This document shows positions 60,602 to 64,000 of a stretch of 64,000 nt of DNA, piece by piece. The stretch covers positions 137,012 through 201,011 of the forward strand of contig MFPS01000008.1 of assembly GCA_001782825.1 (NCBI GenBank), in the 5' to 3' direction. The translations under genes and the position numbers were made by a program. The DNA is from Candidatus Magasanikbacteria bacterium RIFCSPHIGHO2_01_FULL_33_34. Its GTDB lineage: Bacteria; Patescibacteriota; Patescibacteriia; Magasanikbacterales; UBA922. The notes under the pieces were generated by a model, which worked only from the letters and a program-made list of their open reading frames with translations, was not told the origin of the DNA and did no database searches. Positions within the stretch are counted from its first letter, which is position 1, and the number at the start of each line of letters is the position of its first letter.

Positions 60602-62080
60602 TTAATCGTGTAATTCTGGCTTCATCAATGGGAATAATTGACATTCTCTCAATGGCTTGTCCATCATAAAAGCAAAAAGTCTTTCACCAAAACCAAATCC
60701 ACAAGTAGGTGGCATGCCGTGCTCTAACATCTCTACGAATTCCCAATCTGCCATCATAGCTTCTTCATCACCAGTTTCAATTAATTCTCGTTGTTTTTCA
60801 AATCTTTCTCTTTGTTCGACTGGGTCATTTAATTCAGAGAAACCATTCCCAACTTCACTACCAGCTATAATAATCTGGAATCTTTCAGTCAGTAATGGAT
60901 TTTCAGGTTTTTGTTTGGATAAAGGTGAAACTAATTTTGGATGATTTACCAAAAAAGCTGGCCCTGACATATTTTTTCTACAGTATTTCCACAATGTATC
61001 AGTCAACCTCTCACGATTATCACCTTCATATCTTACATTCAATTTTTTTAAAGTATTTTTCATTTCATCTTCAGTCGCTTCAAGTATATTTACTCCAGTT
61101 TGTTTTTTTACCTCTTCTGTATAATCAATTTCAGGCCATTCATCTGCCAAATCATATTCAAAACCTTTGGTAGTAAATTTTGTTGTTCCAAACACTTCCA
61201 TAGCGATTTTACGATACAACTCTTGGACCAAAGCCATACCATCTTTGTAATTCTTGTACGCCCAATAGAATTCCATATTAGTAAATTCTTGCAAATGTTC
61301 AGGACTGGATCCTTCATTGCGAAAAACCCGACCAATTTCAAAAGTTTTTTCATATCCAGCCGCCATTAATCTTTTTTGCCACAATTCTCCAATAGAAATC
61401 CTCAAATACACATCCATATCATAATCTCTGTGATAAGTTTTGAATGGATTTGCTTCAGCTCCACCAGTAGTCACTTCCAAATATGGCGTTTCTACTTCAA
61501 AAAACCCTTTATCTTTCATAAAAGACCTAGTAACATCCCAGAACTTTGATTTTTTGTAAAAGACCTCTCTCAAATCAGGATTCAAGAGCAAATCCAAATA
61601 TCTTTTTCTATAGCGCAACTCTTCATTTTGCAAACCATGAAACTTGTCTGGCAATGGAAGCAATGCTTTACTGAGCAATGACCACTCACTCACCAATACA
61701 GACTGTTCACCTTTGTGTGTAACAAATCTAGCTCCTTTTACAGAAATAATATCCGCTAAATCAATTTTTTTGGTAAACAATTTATAACTTTCTTCTCCAA
61801 TATCATCTTTTTTGAAAACGATTTGCATTCTAGCGCTTTCATCTTGCAAATGACAAAAAGTAAGTTTGCCCATATCTCTTTTCATCATTATTCTGCCAAC
61901 AATTTGCACACTCTCACCTTCATTTTTTTTGAGCGCTTCTGCTATTTTTTCTTTTCTATCGGCACTAGCTGGGTATGGATTTATATTAGCACTACGTAAC
62001 TCAGATAATTTTTTAAGCCGTACTTCTCTTTCATCATTTATATTAACTTCAGTTACATTTTTTTTATTTATATTTTCCAT
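60602..62080 (-). CDS. lysS: Lysine--tRNA ligase (class II)
   Basis: OB domain, RYRKRYLDL, GGAEANPF, FRNEG, EFT, GMPP. Confidence 0.96.
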   Translation of the reverse strand: MENINKKNVTEVNINDEREVRLKKLSELRSANINPYPASADRKEKIAEALKKNEGESVQIVGRIMMKRDMGKLTFCHLQDESARMQIVFKKDDIGEESYKLFTKKIDLADIISVKGARFVTHKGEQSVLVSEWSLLSKALLPLPDKFHGLQNEELRYRKRYLDLLLNPDLREVFYKKSKFWDVTRSFMKDKGFFEVETPYLEVTTGGAEANPFKTYHRDYDMDVYLRISIGELWQKRLMAAGYEKTFEIGRVFRNEGSSPEHLQEFTNMEFYWAYKNYKDGMALVQELYRKIAMEVFGTTKFTTKGFEYDLADEWPEIDYTEEVKKQTGVNILEATEDEMKNTLKKLNVRYEGDNRERLTDTLWKYCRKNMSGPAFLVNHPKLVSPLSKQKPENPLLTERFQIIIAGSEVGNGFSELNDPVEQRERFEKQRELIETGDEEAMMADWEFVEMLEHGMPPTCGFGFGERLFAFMMDKPLRECQLFPLMKPELHD

Positions 62081-62090
62081 ACATCAAAAT

Positions 62091-62561
62091 TTAATTAATG
62101 CTAATAATCGTATAGGTTTGAATACCAGATGGCACATGTACATCTACTTTGTCCCCCTTTTTTTTACCCATAAAGGCCTCTCCCAATGGAGACTCATTGG
62201 AGATTTTTCTGGCTAGTGGATCAGCTTCTTGCGCTCCGACTATAGTATATTCACGAACTTGACCATTGATTTTTACTTCAATTTTAGAACCAATACTCAC
62301 AAAATCACTAGATTTTTTTTCTTTTGAAACTATCTCAGAATTATCCAAAATATGATTAATTTCTTTGGCTCTACTCTGGGCCCAAGCCATCTCTTCACGA
62401 GCCGCATGATACTCGGCATTTTCAGACAAATCCCCCATTTGCTTGGCCATGTCAATTTTTTTTGCAATCGCTGGAATTACTTCATTTTTGATATCAGCAA
62501 GCTCTTTGGTCAATGAATCAAACTTTTCTTGACTCAAATATGTCATTTTTTCATCCGTCAT
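62091..62561 (-). CDS. greA: Transcription elongation factor GreA
   Basis: GDLSENAEY, ISNESPLG. Confidence 0.95.
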   Translation of the reverse strand: MTDEKMTYLSQEKFDSLTKELADIKNEVIPAIAKKIDMAKQMGDLSENAEYHAAREEMAWAQSRAKEINHILDNSEIVSKEKKSSDFVSIGSKIEVKINGQVREYTIVGAQEADPLARKISNESPLGEAFMGKKKGDKVDVHVPSGIQTYTIISIN

Positions 62562-62636
62562 ATATAATTATTAATTTATCTATTTCAATACATTATCGTT
62601 TAAATTGAAAACAAGCCCGATAAACGGGATGAATCT

Positions 62637-62665
62637 AGTATAGCAAATGGGTAAAAAATTGTCTA
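62637..62665 (-). promoter_or_regulatory. sigma70 promoter of greA
   Basis: Minus strand TAGACA-17-TATACT with extended TG. Confidence 0.55.
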
Positions 62666-62718
62666 TAGATTATTATTTTATATAACTTTACGTAATATTC
62701 GTAATTTTTTACCAATTT

Positions 62719-63441
62719 TTAACTTGAAAATAGCAAGAATTTAATTCCTATCAAAAATAGAAAAATCGCTATTACTATTCTAAATTTATTTTGAGGTATG
62801 CGATCAACAAGTTTTTTTGCCAACCATGCTCCAATAAAGGAAGCTGGAATAAATAACAAGAATCCCCAAAAAAATTGCCATTCTAAAATCACATTGTTTA
62901 ATAGATATGTGATTATTCGTGTAGAATCAATAAAAAGCGCAATCGCTCCGGCTGTTGAGATATATACTGCTTTTGGTAAATCAAAGGCTGAAAGAAAAAC
63001 TCCTCGAATTGCTCCACCAACACCAAAAATACCTGCAAAAAATCCTGATAAAACACCTCCACTTAATGCGTTTAGTGTCCCATTTGGTATTTTGAATTTT
63101 GGTTTGAGAAATAAAAATAAAACATAAGCGATTAAAAATCCTCCCAAAATTTGTGAAATGAGTTTTTCAGATATTGAAAATATGATACTTGCTCCTAAAT
63201 AACTGGCAACCATTCCTGCAATTCCAAAAGTAAGTATAAGTTTCCAATTAAATCCTTTTTTAAAAAATAATATTTTCCAAATATCACCAAACCAATGAAT
63301 AATACCCACCAATAAAAGTGTTTGTGGTAATGGTAAATAAAATAAAAGAACCGGTACCATGATGGTTGATGTACCAAAACCAGTGAATGTACCCACGGCA
63401 CTGGCAAAGACTGCGAGTAATGAGATATATAATATTTCCAT
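62719..63441 (-). CDS. Sulfite exporter TauE/SafE (TSUP) family membrane protein
   Basis: GTFTGFG, GFFAGIFGVGG, duplicated hydrophobic halves. Confidence 0.85.
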   Translation of the reverse strand: MEILYISLLAVFASAVGTFTGFGTSTIMVPVLLFYLPLPQTLLLVGIIHWFGDIWKILFFKKGFNWKLILTFGIAGMVASYLGASIIFSISEKLISQILGGFLIAYVLFLFLKPKFKIPNGTLNALSGGVLSGFFAGIFGVGGAIRGVFLSAFDLPKAVYISTAGAIALFIDSTRIITYLLNNVILEWQFFWGFLLFIPASFIGAWLAKKLVDRIPQNKFRIVIAIFLFLIGIKFLLFSS

Positions 63442-63444
63442 GCT

Positions 63445-63516
63445 TTAAATAAATAATCTAATAATGGCGACACCAGCAATGATTGCCCAAAAAATATTTA
63501 AAACTCCGGGTTGATA
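63445..63516 (-). pseudogene. 3' remnant of a small membrane protein gene (CBU_0592-like)
   Basis: Reads YQPGVLNIFWAIIAGVAIIRLFI* with no ATG/GTG/TTG between it and the upstream TAG stops. Family assignment is from recall. Confidence 0.45.
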
Positions 63517-63537
63517 GACTAGATAGTAAGAACCCTA

Positions 63538-63999
63538 CTATTTATATTCGGCAATGATTATTTTCTTTTGTTGCATCATGATCTTGAATGCATCTGGCTT
63601 CTTCATGAGATCTTCTATATTGTATGGTGCGACTTGCCAGCTTACACCATATTTGTCTTTGAGCCAACCACAAACACTCTCTTGCCCACCTTCCGCCGTG
63701 AGTTTCTCCCAGTAGTAATCAATCTCTTCCTGGTCTTTACAGCTGATTGAAAGCGACACTCCCTCGTTAAAGACAAACTTGTGCGGTCCTGCGCTTTCCT
63801 GCGCGATAAATTCCCGCCCACACAGTTTAAAAAGCGCGTGCGCGATATTGCCGTCTTTTTCGCCGGGCTGGTTCTCGTAGCGGAAAATACTTTCTATCTT
63901 TGAGTCTGGAAAGACTGAAGTGTAAAACTTCATGGCTTCTTCCGCCCGACCGACATTTTCTTTGGTGAACATGAGCCCTGGGGTTATGGGTCCGGCAGG
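63538..63999 (-). CDS. VOC family (PhnB/3-demethylubiquinone methyltransferase-like) protein, 5'-truncated by window edge
   Basis: AEEAMKFY..VF, FNEGVSL, QEEIDYYWEKL, CGWLKDKYGVSWQ. Frame stays open to the window end (PAGPITPGLMF). Confidence 0.88.
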   Translation of the reverse strand, partial: PAGPITPGLMFTKENVGRAEEAMKFYTSVFPDSKIESIFRYENQPGEKDGNIAHALFKLCGREFIAQESAGPHKFVFNEGVSLSISCKDQEEIDYYWEKLTAEGGQESVCGWLKDKYGVSWQVAPYNIEDLMKKPDAFKIMMQQKKIIIAEYK

Positions 64000-64000
64000 T

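Noticed and set aside
853-63750. Many 60-200 aa ORFs antisense to or nested in long genes (e.g. 8582-9187, 44472-45050)
   Set aside because: Shadow frames of well-supported genes with no motifs of their own.
1-64000. Alternative genetic code (UGA=Gly) as in Gracilibacteria/Absconditabacteria
   Set aside because: Conserved genes are full length under code 11 and TGA serves as a stop (e.g. 35726-35728).

Overview
AT-rich bacterial chromosome segment using the standard genetic code. Most start codons lack a Shine-Dalgarno site. Gene content and style suggest a Patescibacteria/CPR (Parcubacteria-like) genome; this is inference, not a database result. Left to right: copA, clustered uvrB/uvrA/uvrC, response regulators and a PAS kinase, a type IV pilus cluster, two glutaredoxins, a MacAB-type exporter, three tandem trypsin-like proteases, acs + 2-oxoacid:ferredoxin oxidoreductase, an Rrf2-led Fe-S (IscS/SufBSUC) cluster, clpB with a CIRCE element, gltX and an M23 peptidase. 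A Xer-type recombinase with an adjacent dif-like site sits where gene orientation and G/C skew flip, which is probably the replication terminus. After it comes a minus-strand run of cell-wall and translation genes and a GC-rich foreign fragment at the right edge. Best leads: (1) an unannotated ~90-nt three-hairpin RNA with its own promoter and terminator, divergent from xer/dif; (2) a 29-aa, 8-Cys microprotein missed by the ORF track; (3) three secreted proteases, each with a conserved boxA-like leader and an SD site unlike host genes; (4) a 20-bp GC palindrome cleanly inserted into one copy of a dispersed repeat whose empty allele is also in the window; (5) a giant pilin with a domain bracketed by 93-bp in-frame direct repeats. 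No rRNA, tRNA or CRISPR array was seen.
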